64,000 nt of DNA. Source: a virus. Lineage: Duplodnaviria > Caudoviricetes. Position 1 is the first letter of the stretch, and each line of letters starts with the position of its first letter. Shown here piece after piece: positions 26,852 through 36,482 of the stretch. The stretch lies in the IMG/VR virus record IMGVR_UViG_3300044852_000015, positions 64,001 to 128,000 of that record, one strand, 5' to 3'. The position numbers and the translations under genes were made by a program. The notes under the pieces were generated by a model. It saw nothing but the letters and a program-made list of their open reading frames with translations, did no database searches and was not told the origin of the DNA.

Positions 26852-26878
26852 TACCCTTACATAATTTGTACTTGAGAT
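26852..26878 (-). promoter_or_regulatory. early promoter, variant
   Basis: TCTCAAGTACAAATTATGTAAGGGTA, with A-rich upstream like the other sites. Confidence 0.6.
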
Positions 26879-26897
26879 ATTTTTGAATACAGATCGC

Positions 26898-26927
26898 GGC
26901 ATAAAGCCTAGGACTCACGCCCTAGGC
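26898..26927 (-). terminator. terminator + TTTATGCC ending the tail-fibre operon
   Basis: gcctagg/cctaggc stem. Confidence 0.75.
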
Positions 26928-26937
26928 GATACACGGG

Positions 26938-27597
26938 TTACTCTGGAAGTGTGAACAGTGTGTTAGCATCCGGAATAGTTGGCAGCTCAGCCAGAGTGGT
27001 GGCCGCAGTCACTCCGTCTTTAAAGCCCCAGATCTTCTGGTAGCCGATCGTGACCGCGCGGAAGGCAGCATCGGCCATCGCGACCAGTTCTTCAGCCGAC
27101 AACACCACACCGACGTTCTCGTACACGCGGAAGGGGAAGTTCATTGTTCCACCAGCAGCCACAACTTCCTTAGCGATAATGCGCAGGGAGGTGAGGTTAG
27201 ACCGATCGTCGTTACGGATCTGGACGTGGTACGTGCCCTCATTGAAGTCATAGGCGAAACCCCGTTCGAATTGACTGATGCGTAAGTCTTCAGCCGCACG
27301 TTGTAGTTCAGCTTTGCGGGTGGTCAACTGATCAGTAAGTTCTGATTGGGTGTAAGTCCGTTCGATCCAGCTTTGATGCCACTTACCCCCGATCAATTGT
27401 GGTGGACCGGCAACGACAACGTCATTCACTGGAATCGGTGTATCGTAAACGGGTTGGTACCCGAGTGCGACCATTTCCTCTACTTGAGGTTCTGTTGTGA
27501 AGCTGACCGTAGCTTTGAGTCGGTTACGGATCTGGTCCAATGTGATTGGATAGTCGCCAGTAGCAACCTCGATAAAACGAGTGTATTGAATTGACAT
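26938..27597 (-). CDS. tail fibre assembly/chaperone protein (DUF4376-like C-terminus)
   Basis: position after the fibre genes; HVQIRNDDRSNL...ENV...LSAEEL.AM...K..V..ATTLAEL pattern. Confidence 0.65.
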   Translation of the reverse strand: MSIQYTRFIEVATGDYPITLDQIRNRLKATVSFTTEPQVEEMVALGYQPVYDTPIPVNDVVVAGPPQLIGGKWHQSWIERTYTQSELTDQLTTRKAELQRAAEDLRISQFERGFAYDFNEGTYHVQIRNDDRSNLTSLRIIAKEVVAAGGTMNFPFRVYENVGVVLSAEELVAMADAAFRAVTIGYQKIWGFKDGVTAATTLAELPTIPDANTLFTLPE

Positions 27598-27609
27598 GAT
27601 TTGTGTTCC

Positions 27610-28533
27610 TTAAAAGACGAGTTCCAGAATTGGACGCCATGCGGTATAGATGTACGAGTAGGCCAAGGCTGCCGTCAGAACAGGGTCGGGGTTGACTGAG
27701 CCGTCCGGTCGGAAGATTATGGTATCTCCAGCCGTGGTAGTGACGTCTTTAGTGTACGCTTGACAGTTGGCCACCCACGTAAGGTCATCTAGTTGGATGG
27801 GGTTCACCTGACTGGTGCGCGTGAGGTACAGTGGTGAGATAATCTGATCGTATTCACCACCCACTTGGTTAGCCGGCACAGAACTGGCCGTCAAAGACCC
27901 TACACGGGTACCTGGGAGTCGAACCAAGAAGGTGTCTGCATTCTTCTGAACCGTGACGCCTTGTTGGATCGTTCCGTACGTAGATTTAGCTGCTGCTGAC
28001 CACGTACTCGGGTCATCCTTACCGTACACCAGACCCAATTGATACAGTGTCGCCCACGAAAGGGCGGTAGAGCCGTTCGCAATAGCCCGATCGGGAATGA
28101 ACAGGATCTTCCCGTTGTACACGATTTTAATCCACCAACTGGCAGCGTAGCCACCAGCAGCAGCGTACTGTGCCCCCAGTCCCACGATCTGACACAACTC
28201 GGCTGGACCGAACAAGTCCTCCACGGCTATACGACCAAATGTACCGTAGCTCCAGTCGCCTCGTAGGAGCTTCTGTGGACCCGGACCGGTATACGGCATG
28301 TACGCCAACGCCATATCAGCAGAGAGTGTTTCTTCACCGTTAGCGACCACACCGATGCGGTAGTGGTACGTTTGGTTACGAACGGCTGTGGCGTCTAGGT
28401 AGCTAAAAGTACCAGCAGCCACCTCAGCCAACGGAGTCGGTAAGGCGGTATCGAGAATCACGGTATCGGATCGGTAAACCCGAAACTTATCCACCGTGAT
28501 ATTTCGATCAACCCAATTAATGACGAGTGCCAT
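27610..28533 (-). CDS. virion protein, phiKZ gp131-like family, N-terminal Fn3-like domain
   Basis: GPGPQKLLRGDW..G.FG, W.KIVYNGKILFIP, SW..LY..G.VYG, WRPILEL. Confidence 0.75.
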   Translation of the reverse strand: MALVINWVDRNITVDKFRVYRSDTVILDTALPTPLAEVAAGTFSYLDATAVRNQTYHYRIGVVANGEETLSADMALAYMPYTGPGPQKLLRGDWSYGTFGRIAVEDLFGPAELCQIVGLGAQYAAAGGYAASWWIKIVYNGKILFIPDRAIANGSTALSWATLYQLGLVYGKDDPSTWSAAAKSTYGTIQQGVTVQKNADTFLVRLPGTRVGSLTASSVPANQVGGEYDQIISPLYLTRTSQVNPIQLDDLTWVANCQAYTKDVTTTAGDTIIFRPDGSVNPDPVLTAALAYSYIYTAWRPILELVF

Positions 28534-28542
28534 GATAACTCC

Positions 28543-29469
28543 TTAGGTCAGGATGAGTTCGAATACTGGGAGCCAACCAGGGGCCGGGTTGTAGCCCTGT
28601 TGGACGTTAGTGGCGACCATGGCGTCCATGTATGAGCCGTGACCGTTGGTGATGTTGTAGCCAGATGAGCTGAAGTGCTGCGTGAACGTGGAGTTCATCC
28701 ACGTACCTGGTGCTAGGTCGTTCCACTTGTCTTGTGGTGCCCAAGTATTTAGGGTATTACCCAAACGACCCAGCAGGTCTTCTATTTCGCTCGACTGTTG
28801 ATCGGCCTGACCGAGGGTCACGTAGGAGGACGTGGGTTTGTCACTGGCTTTGAATGACCGAACGATGAATTGGTACGCGCCAATCGAGAAGACTTTGTAC
28901 TGGTTGGCGGGTGCTGTGTAACCGGCAATAAGAACGCCGCTAGGAGCGAACGGGAACGCACCGTTGTCGTTGGTCCCGAAGACAAACCCAGCGTTGTAAA
29001 GTTGGCTAAAGGTGGGGCTTCCGAAGCTGTAGTTCGGGACGTAAAGGATCTTCCCTTTACGGACAAACTTGTGCCACAAGGTGACGTTACCATCGGAACC
29101 GGGACTTGAGTAGGGGTACACGGCGTTCAACAATGACGGTAAGGTCATTTGGACGGCGGGTACGGTCCCGAAGTAACCCAAGTTCCAATCACCACGTAAC
29201 AAGGTTTGTGAACCAGGTCCCGAATCAGGGAAATGTCCCTGAATCAATTGTTGACTCAACAGTTCCTGACCTGAGCGAACGTGACCCACGATGTAGTAGT
29301 AGACCGTGTTACGCACCGCCGCGGTATCGGCGTACGACGTAGCAGAACCTGCAATCGTTGCCAACGGGGTGGGGAGTGCGTTAGGGTCAATCGGGTTCGC
29401 AGAACGGTAAACGTTGATGCTCTCTGCGAGGGCCGCGTTAGCTGACCCCCAAGTGAGTGTAACTGACAT
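28543..29469 (-). CDS. virion protein, gp131-like paralogue
   Basis: same motifs (GPGSQTLLRGDW, WHKFVRKGKILYVP, WLPVFEL). Confidence 0.75.
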   Translation of the reverse strand: MSVTLTWGSANAALAESINVYRSANPIDPNALPTPLATIAGSATSYADTAAVRNTVYYYIVGHVRSGQELLSQQLIQGHFPDSGPGSQTLLRGDWNLGYFGTVPAVQMTLPSLLNAVYPYSSPGSDGNVTLWHKFVRKGKILYVPNYSFGSPTFSQLYNAGFVFGTNDNGAFPFAPSGVLIAGYTAPANQYKVFSIGAYQFIVRSFKASDKPTSSYVTLGQADQQSSEIEDLLGRLGNTLNTWAPQDKWNDLAPGTWMNSTFTQHFSSSGYNITNGHGSYMDAMVATNVQQGYNPAPGWLPVFELILT

Positions 29470-29479
29470 AACCTACTCC

Positions 29480-30415
29480 TTACACCGCAGCCGGTTCAAT
29501 GAGTTCCAACACAGGCCACCATGCAACAGTACCAGTGTAAGCCAAGTAGTTTCGTTGGGCGAGGCTGGCTCGAGTGGCCCCGGCTGACCCTCGCAACAAG
29601 ATGTTTCCACTGGCGGCGTTAGTGACTTTTTCCTGCACTGCCGAATAGGTACCGCCGGTCAGTGTCGCCACTGCAATGTTCGCCCGGTTAGCCATACGCT
29701 GCACAGCAGGCACTAGGTTACAAAGAGGGTAAACCAAATCGTCCCATTCACAAGTGAATGTTTCTGTCGGTTCGGGGACCGTCGCGGCGGCTGGAAATAC
29801 GTTGTAGTCGTCATTGTAACCACGCATCAAACGCACGCGGTATTGGTCAGGTCCGATGGTAACTTTAGCCCCTTGGTTAACGTTAGCACCAGCGTTGTAC
29901 GGTCCGTTATCGTCCGAACCGAACACGATCCCGGCGTTGTACATTTGTTGCCAGGTAAGGCTGCCGGCGACCGCACCTTCTGGGATGAACAACACCTTCC
30001 CGTTACGGGCATACTTATGCCACTTTGGACTAACCGTGGAGACTGTACCTGACGCGAAGTTCACCGCTGTACGCAGGGCGTTGATGTTGATGAACGAGGC
30101 CGATGGAATAGTGCCAAAGTAACCATAGTTGTAGTCACCCACTTGCAGTGCGTTGGGTCCCGCGCCACGACGAGGCACTACGGTGATCGGGTAGTTCGGA
30201 GACACCGTACGGTCTGTTGCCGAGATCGTTTCAAACACGTAGTAGTACGTGGTGCCACGGGTCACGTTGGTATCATTGTAAGTGGTTTCACCGGCTGTCA
30301 AAGAAACAATCGGTGAGGACAGTGCAGCGCGATCCAGTGGAGCCAAGCCACGGTAGATGTTCACCGTAATGGCAGTGGCACCGTTGGGGTTGGTCCATGA
30401 CAATTTATTGTACAT
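29480..30415 (-). CDS. virion protein, gp131-like paralogue
   Basis: GAGPNALQVGDYNYGYFG, WHKYARNGKVLFIP, WWPVLEL. Confidence 0.75.
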   Translation of the reverse strand: MYNKLSWTNPNGATAITVNIYRGLAPLDRAALSSPIVSLTAGETTYNDTNVTRGTTYYYVFETISATDRTVSPNYPITVVPRRGAGPNALQVGDYNYGYFGTIPSASFININALRTAVNFASGTVSTVSPKWHKYARNGKVLFIPEGAVAGSLTWQQMYNAGIVFGSDDNGPYNAGANVNQGAKVTIGPDQYRVRLMRGYNDDYNVFPAAATVPEPTETFTCEWDDLVYPLCNLVPAVQRMANRANIAVATLTGGTYSAVQEKVTNAASGNILLRGSAGATRASLAQRNYLAYTGTVAWWPVLELIEPAAV

Positions 30416-30425
30416 TTAAAGCTCC

Positions 30426-31604
30426 TTACGGGTTATTAGTACCGCTAATACTGAAAGCGTTCAAGGCTGCGAGGCTGTATACAACATTCACAGGGTCAGC
30501 GACCAAGTCAGTCGGTGTCGCGGAGATACTAAAGGCGTTCAACCGTGCAATTTCATAAACCACATTCGCTGGGTCGGAGACTAGGTCAGACGGTGCTGCC
30601 GTGATATTGAACGGGTTCAGTCTCACGTTGGCACTGCCAACCACGTTGACTGGGTTCAACACTCCACCCGGATAGGTGGGGTCGATTATCACAGGTTGCT
30701 TCGTATTAACCGAAGACGTACCAATCAAGTTCACTGGGTTTAGCAGAGGGGGCGGGGTGCCATCAGGGGCTTGTGCCTGCTGTTGGAAAAGAATCGACGG
30801 AGGTTGTGGGGTGGCGGAGATACCCACGGTAACGCCCTGAGGATTCAACAGTGCATCCATCGGCAACAGTTCCAATATGGGTCGCCAAGCAGCATCCGTG
30901 TTGCCCGCATAGGTCTTCACGTTACTCGCACTACCGATGACCGCATAGACCGTGTATGTGGCACCTCGACTGTTAGCCTTGTTAACGTCCGTGGCTTGAG
31001 TCTCTTGGGTCCACGAAGCCATCGTACCACCCACACTGAGTGCACTAGCAGCTTGAGCATCCCACTTATCGGCGATGTTACCGTTACCCGACGTACAGAC
31101 TCGACCCAACAGTTGTTGCCATTCGCTGTTCGACGATTGTGGGTAAGCATCCAGTCCGGCACCCGGATAGGTGGGGTCTGGCCAACCCGTCATCAATCGG
31201 GGAATGAAGCCCCACGTAATCGGACCCTCCACCTTCGTGATCACGTTGTGTTGCCACGCTGCTGGCGTCGCCGGGTAAGCACCGTTCGACTTGGTCCCGT
31301 AAACGAGACCTGCCCCGTAGATGTCGTTCCAACTGATGAAGTTCTTAAGCTGCTGGTTCGGGACGTAAAGGATCTTCCCGTTGTAAGCAAACTTAAACCA
31401 GTACAGCCCTGCGGTGAAGCAGTCAACACCGAAGTTAGTGAAGTTCAACAACCGACCCAGTTCCAACGCACCAAACAATTCAGTGGTTGTTGTGGTTCCG
31501 AAGTACCCTAAAGTAAGGGTGCCGTATTTCAAAGTTTTGGGGCCAGGGCCAGAGGAGCCGTAATAGCTCCCTACTGGGGCTTTCCCAAGCATCATTTCTA
31601 ACAT
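30426..31604 (-). CDS. virion protein, gp131-like paralogue with C-terminal repeats
   Basis: GPGPKTLKYG..GYFG, WFKFAYNGKILYVP, WRPILEL, then five L/V-N/D-P-x-N-V repeats. Confidence 0.75.
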   Translation of the reverse strand: MLEMMLGKAPVGSYYGSSGPGPKTLKYGTLTLGYFGTTTTTELFGALELGRLLNFTNFGVDCFTAGLYWFKFAYNGKILYVPNQQLKNFISWNDIYGAGLVYGTKSNGAYPATPAAWQHNVITKVEGPITWGFIPRLMTGWPDPTYPGAGLDAYPQSSNSEWQQLLGRVCTSGNGNIADKWDAQAASALSVGGTMASWTQETQATDVNKANSRGATYTVYAVIGSASNVKTYAGNTDAAWRPILELLPMDALLNPQGVTVGISATPQPPSILFQQQAQAPDGTPPPLLNPVNLIGTSSVNTKQPVIIDPTYPGGVLNPVNVVGSANVRLNPFNITAAPSDLVSDPANVVYEIARLNAFSISATPTDLVADPVNVVYSLAALNAFSISGTNNP

Positions 31605-31662
31605 AATTCTTCACCCTTGTTAACTATAGCACACCCCACGGTGTGCTATGTATGTCGTTAAT

Positions 31663-32919
31663 TTAGGGGACCAACTCCAGAACTGGCCTCCATCCGTAAC
31701 CTGGATAGGCAGTGTCATCTGGTTCGTACCAAATGCCTGCAAAGCCTGGATAACCACGCAACAGGTGACCACCAGAAGTACTGGCCTCTTTACAGATCTG
31801 CAATTCCCCGTTGGAAGTACCGCCGGTCCAACCCATGTCGGATGGTGTGTTCGTACCCCAAGCGCCATCACTACCTGGGTAGCTAGTAGTCACGCGCAGG
31901 AAGTAGTTGTTGTACTCACCACCGGCAACGCCGGATGGGTCGCTTCCATCACCACCAGTCATGGCCCGAACTTTGTACGTCAGTCCGCCGATCACCACTG
32001 TTTTCGTACCGGTAATCAAACCGAGGACATTAAGCTGGGTCCACGACAATGCTTGACGGATAACCTTCTTCGGCATGTAGAACGTTTTACCGGCGTCTAC
32101 GAACTTCAACCATGGGGTCGTATCGTTAACGAGCGTCCCGGTAGTGAAGCCCACCGCAGCGGCCAAAGCAGAACCACTAATGAAGTCGGCTGCCTGTACC
32201 TCACCTTTAAATGGTGTGGCTGGTATGGTAGATTTCTTGATCAACATTGGCCGCCAACCGTACCAGTTTTGTGGCGTGTTAGCATCAATGTACCAGATGC
32301 CTTTAATTTGGGCACCAGACTCTTGAGAAGCCGAGTCACTACCCCGTGTGAAGTGTGAGGCGGCACTGCCATCGGCACAGATGGTACCTACACCTAGTTC
32401 ATTCGAGCCATCGACAGTTGCAACCCCCAACATTGGTCCTGTGTAGTCGGCCCAATGGAGAGCGTCTACTGGGAAACCAGCTCGGTCAGCCATGGTGTAA
32501 ATGTTGTACATGTAACGGTTCCAGTCGCCGCCGGCGTTAGAAGGACCCACACCACCACTGGTAGCGTTCAATGCACCCGTCATCAACCGGATCACATAGA
32601 CCACGCCACCAATGGTGATTTCTGCTGACCCAGTCAAACCGCGTGCGTTGAGCTGTTCCCAACTCACGTTGTAACGGATGGGTTTCTTGGCGATGTATAA
32701 CTCCAACCCGTTGTCTTCGATGTAGTGCAACCAACCACAATCCCTGTTCATCAGAGTGCCCGCAGTTAGACCCACTGCTGTCGCTAGGGAATCTCCGTAA
32801 ATGAAGTTCACAGAAGGAACCACACCTTTATAGGGAGTCCCAGTAGGAAAGGTTAGCCCTGAGTCATCTGCTGCTGCTGCGGTTTGTTGCAATCTCCCGC
32901 CGTTTAAGATCTCTAACAT
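31663..32919 (-). CDS. virion protein with two tandem gp131-like domains
   Basis: start moved to MLEILNG (GAGGAG RBS); internal duplication TPYKGVV...GWRPML / TPFKGEV...GWRPVLEL. Confidence 0.75.
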   Translation of the reverse strand: MLEILNGGRLQQTAAAADDSGLTFPTGTPYKGVVPSVNFIYGDSLATAVGLTAGTLMNRDCGWLHYIEDNGLELYIAKKPIRYNVSWEQLNARGLTGSAEITIGGVVYVIRLMTGALNATSGGVGPSNAGGDWNRYMYNIYTMADRAGFPVDALHWADYTGPMLGVATVDGSNELGVGTICADGSAASHFTRGSDSASQESGAQIKGIWYIDANTPQNWYGWRPMLIKKSTIPATPFKGEVQAADFISGSALAAAVGFTTGTLVNDTTPWLKFVDAGKTFYMPKKVIRQALSWTQLNVLGLITGTKTVVIGGLTYKVRAMTGGDGSDPSGVAGGEYNNYFLRVTTSYPGSDGAWGTNTPSDMGWTGGTSNGELQICKEASTSGGHLLRGYPGFAGIWYEPDDTAYPGYGWRPVLELVP

Positions 32920-33017
32920 TTTGTCTCCTCCAATTGGGGGACCCCTACTGCAAAAAAAGAGAGCTGGAACACCACCACACAAGAGGGTAGTGACTCCCCT
33001 TGTGTGGTGGTTATTCA

Positions 33018-36000
33018 TCAGACAGAGGCACCAACAGTACCGATCCACTTTGTACCGTCCCACAACAGGGTAACGATGGTAGTAGACGCACCCAATGTAG
33101 GGGTAGCACCACCGCTCCACGTAATGGTTGGCCAAGTGATTGTTGCAGCCCCTTGGATGACCAGAACCACAGTCATGGTCCGTGTTGCACCCGGCACCGT
33201 ACCCGCTTTGAACGAGATCGTGGTAGCCGTGGAGTTAGCCACAGACCACACGTTACCGATAGCCAGGTCGAGGACACCAGCCGCAGCAGCGTTCATCTTC
33301 AGGTCGTAGACGTCCAAGGACACCCAAGCACCGTTCTTACGCAGGTACTGTTTACCGTCTGACGCAGCATCTGCAAACCCAGGGACGATCGTAGCCCAAG
33401 CTGCACCCTTACGAGCGTAGTAGTTGGTATCGTTTGGGGCATCGGCCAGCGAAGCTGGGATGATAGCCCACGCCAAACCTTTACGACCGTAGGTGTTAGC
33501 GTCGTTAGGTGCGTCAGTCAGGTAAGCTGGTGCCGCAGTCCACGCACCGTTACGGCGAGTGTAGTACGTGCCGTCAGATGGAGCATCAGCTAGGCGGGTG
33601 TCGATGATCCAAGCATTACCCTTACGGACATACTGGTTAGCATCGTTAGGAGCTTCAGCGATACCTGCTGGTACAATAGCCCAAGCGCCACCTTTACGCA
33701 TGTAGCCGTTGGCGTCGTTTGGAGCATCTTGTAGAACAGCTACCCACGCCAAACCTTTACGACCGTACGCCGTAGTATCGTTCGGGGCATCTGCAAGTCC
33801 GGCTGGGATTACAACTTCCACCCAAGCCCCGTTCTTACGAATGTATTGCTTGCCATCACTTGGTGCTTCAGCCACAGGGACTGCTACCCAAGCGCCGTTC
33901 TTACGAGTGTAGAAGCCACCGTCAGATGGAGCGTCAGTCAGACCTGCACCAGGGATCACTACTTCCAGCCACGCACCGTTCTTACGGATATATTGCTTAC
34001 CGTCGAGGGGTGCTTCAATGACCGGAAGTTCGAACCAGGTACCGTTTTCACGACCGTACAACTTACTGTCTTTCGGAGCTTCCAGTACGTCGACTTTAAC
34101 CCACGCACCGTCTTTACGAGCGTAGTAGTTACCGTCAACCAGCGCTTCCAGTACAGTGATCTCTACCCACTGATCGTATTCACGGGCGTACAGTTTACCA
34201 TCGTTAGACGGACTGTAAACGTTACCACCGCCCATGTGACCGAGCGATACCCACAGAACGTCAGTAGACTTTCTGAAGTACTCCATGGAGGCAGTGTTCA
34301 GATAGTAGTCGCCACGACGACCATCAATCGGTCCCGGATCACGAGCCAGCGAGACCCACGCAGTACCCACGTCACCTTTGTCACCGGTGAAACCTCGAAG
34401 ACCCTGAATACCTTGGATGCCTTGATCACCTTTGTCACCCTTGTCGCCTTTGATAGGCCCCAAGTTCTCGTAGGCGGCACCCGTCCAGCCCCAGAAGTTC
34501 TGTCCGATCAGGTAACCTTGACCGAGAGTACCACTGCCGGGTAGATCAGCAGAACTAACGAGTTTCCCGACGATCGTGATACCAGGACCCATCGGACCGT
34601 CGTTACCCTGAGGACCGACGATGTTACCGAGGAATACCCAAGCAGTACCGTCGTAGGAGTAGACATCACCAGCACCCACGATGTAACCGTCGCCTTGAAC
34701 CATTCCAGTGACGGCGTTCAAGTCAGCGATCAGAGCGAGATGACCTTTAGGCTTGAAGTTCTGACCGGCAGGGCCCTGAGGACCAATGTCACCGATCAAG
34801 CTTTCCAAGAAGTCATTGATGGTGAGGATGGAAGGGTTAACAAACTGAGCCAGCTCCAGAGCCGACGCACCAGCAGGACCCGTCAGGTCACCGAGGTTAA
34901 TCCAACCCGTACCGTTGTACGACCACAGGTGACCTCTGACCATATAGGTCCAGCCGATTTGTGGGTTAACAACCGCATTCAACAACCCTGGATCAGTCAT
35001 GATACCTTTGGCGATCATGGCATTACCAGTGTCGCCTTTAGGACCACGAGGACCCTCTGGACCTGGAGGACCTTGAACTACCCCGAGGTCAATCCACTCA
35101 GCGCCATCCCAACCCCAGAAGTGACCAGCAATCAAATAACCGTCACCCAAGTTACCCAGTGCTGGTAGCTCACCAACCGTATCGAACTTACCTTTCAGGG
35201 ACAGACCGGCACCGAGGTCACCTTTAGGACCGATCGGACCTTCGTCGCCTTGATCCCCTTTCGGACCCACGTAAGTACCACAGTCAACCCACGCACCGCT
35301 AATCACAACGTAGAGGTTCTGACCAGCGATCCACGCGGAGAAGGCAGGTACAGTAGTCGCATCGGGAAGGTTTCCAACGGCAGCCACCTTACCAGCAATG
35401 ATCAGGCTTTGTCCTGGATCACCCTTAGGACCAACAACTGTATCCCCTTTGTCACCCTTAGGGCCAGCAATAGACAGCAACCACTGCTCGAGTGTTCCGA
35501 GGTATCCAGCCTGCAAAGCCAAGTCATAGTTCGACTTACCTTTGATACTGTCCAACCATTGGGCCAAGGTACCTACGAAGCCTTCTTCTTCAACCGCCAA
35601 CTGGTAGGCAGAGAGACCTTGAACAACACCGAGGTCTTCCCAGTCTACGCCGTTCCACAACCACAAGTGGCCTTGGATGTAGTAGCCGTCGCCACCAGCG
35701 TTACCGTCGGGTGGTAGTTCCGATGGATTTTCGAACTTACCCAGGACAGAGATTGCGTTAGCTGGAAGACCTTTAGGGCCGATCGGACCATCGTCACCTT
35801 TGTCGCCTTTAGGACCAACCAAGCTTGCGAGGTATTGATCCAAAGTACCAGAGAAGCCTGTGGTAATCGCCAGTTGGTAGTTGTTCAAACCCACCAGTGA
35901 GTTCAGCCACTGACCCAAGGTACCTTGGTAGCCACGGGAAACCGCTAGCTCGTAAGCAGACTTACCGCTAGGGCCCACTTGACCAACCTTGGCCCAACCC

Positions 36001-36482
36001 ACGGTATCCCACACGTACATCGCTTCGGCAATGATCCAGCAATCGCCAGAGAGGTTATCCCCGTTAGGCAACTCAGAGATGTCCGCCAGAGAACCCATGA
36101 TCCGCAGGCCGATCCCGTCGTGACCTTTCAGGGACTCAATCCACTCTTCGAACGTGCCGGGGAACCCACCTTGGATTACCGCAACGTCGTACGCTGAGTA
36201 ACCCTGGATACCACGGATCACACCAACGTTACGCCACTCGTCTTCCACCAAGGTGTGAAGGTCAGCCCCGATGATCCAAGAATCACCCGGCTTGGAGTCA
36301 CCAATGTTCGGTAGGTTGTCCGTGCTCTGCAAGGTACCCAAGATGCGAATCGAGGTGCCATCCTTACCCGAGGTGATGACATCAGACAGAAGAGCTTTCT
36401 TACTACCCCCGTCTTGAACAACTTCGATTAACTCAGCACCCGTCAACGGGCCTGCTGGGTCCATATTTGAAATTTTACCCAT
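33018..36482 (-). CDS. long tail/collar fibre protein with collagen-like segments and a foldon-like repeat array
   Basis: GPKGDKGD-type Gly-X-Y runs, SAY.LA...G..GTL..WL.SL.G repeats, 13 (E/D)AP.DG..Y.RK.GAW repeats. Confidence 0.85.
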   Translation of the reverse strand: MGKISNMDPAGPLTGAELIEVVQDGGSKKALLSDVITSGKDGTSIRILGTLQSTDNLPNIGDSKPGDSWIIGADLHTLVEDEWRNVGVIRGIQGYSAYDVAVIQGGFPGTFEEWIESLKGHDGIGLRIMGSLADISELPNGDNLSGDCWIIAEAMYVWDTVGWAKVGQVGPSGKSAYELAVSRGYQGTLGQWLNSLVGLNNYQLAITTGFSGTLDQYLASLVGPKGDKGDDGPIGPKGLPANAISVLGKFENPSELPPDGNAGGDGYYIQGHLWLWNGVDWEDLGVVQGLSAYQLAVEEEGFVGTLAQWLDSIKGKSNYDLALQAGYLGTLEQWLLSIAGPKGDKGDTVVGPKGDPGQSLIIAGKVAAVGNLPDATTVPAFSAWIAGQNLYVVISGAWVDCGTYVGPKGDQGDEGPIGPKGDLGAGLSLKGKFDTVGELPALGNLGDGYLIAGHFWGWDGAEWIDLGVVQGPPGPEGPRGPKGDTGNAMIAKGIMTDPGLLNAVVNPQIGWTYMVRGHLWSYNGTGWINLGDLTGPAGASALELAQFVNPSILTINDFLESLIGDIGPQGPAGQNFKPKGHLALIADLNAVTGMVQGDGYIVGAGDVYSYDGTAWVFLGNIVGPQGNDGPMGPGITIVGKLVSSADLPGSGTLGQGYLIGQNFWGWTGAAYENLGPIKGDKGDKGDQGIQGIQGLRGFTGDKGDVGTAWVSLARDPGPIDGRRGDYYLNTASMEYFRKSTDVLWVSLGHMGGGNVYSPSNDGKLYAREYDQWVEITVLEALVDGNYYARKDGAWVKVDVLEAPKDSKLYGRENGTWFELPVIEAPLDGKQYIRKNGAWLEVVIPGAGLTDAPSDGGFYTRKNGAWVAVPVAEAPSDGKQYIRKNGAWVEVVIPAGLADAPNDTTAYGRKGLAWVAVLQDAPNDANGYMRKGGAWAIVPAGIAEAPNDANQYVRKGNAWIIDTRLADAPSDGTYYTRRNGAWTAAPAYLTDAPNDANTYGRKGLAWAIIPASLADAPNDTNYYARKGAAWATIVPGFADAASDGKQYLRKNGAWVSLDVYDLKMNAAAAGVLDLAIGNVWSVANSTATTISFKAGTVPGATRTMTVVLVIQGAATITWPTITWSGGATPTLGASTTIVTLLWDGTKWIGTVGASV
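33311..34222 (-). repeat. 13 tandem fibritin-foldon-like units (about 21-26 aa each) within the fibre gene
   Basis: e.g. AEAPSDGKQYIRKNGAWVEV vs T4 foldon [21 protein letters not shown]. Confidence 0.85.

Noticed and set aside
32971-33011. 13 bp perfect inverted repeat between the fibre genes as a mobile-element end or recombination site
   Set aside because: Single hairpin directly after a stop codon; more simply a terminator or mRNA-stabilising stem
32920-33135. N-terminal extensions in the ORF track (31663..33135, 42477..44219, 44057..44608, 9798..10322, 46985..48334, 25395..26216, 26162..26746, 38527..39231, 23555..23983)
   Set aside because: They cross terminators, promoters or neighbouring genes; downstream starts have proper RBS or stop/start coupling
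33311-34222. CRISPR-like array (periodic DNA repeats such as gcaccgttcttacg)
   Set aside because: The repeats are degenerate, in frame, and explained by protein foldon units
27610-36482. Diversity-generating retroelement or invertible tail-fibre switch
   Set aside because: No reverse transcriptase, no near-identical TR/VR pair with adenine-specific mismatches, and no invertase or flanking inverted repeats seen
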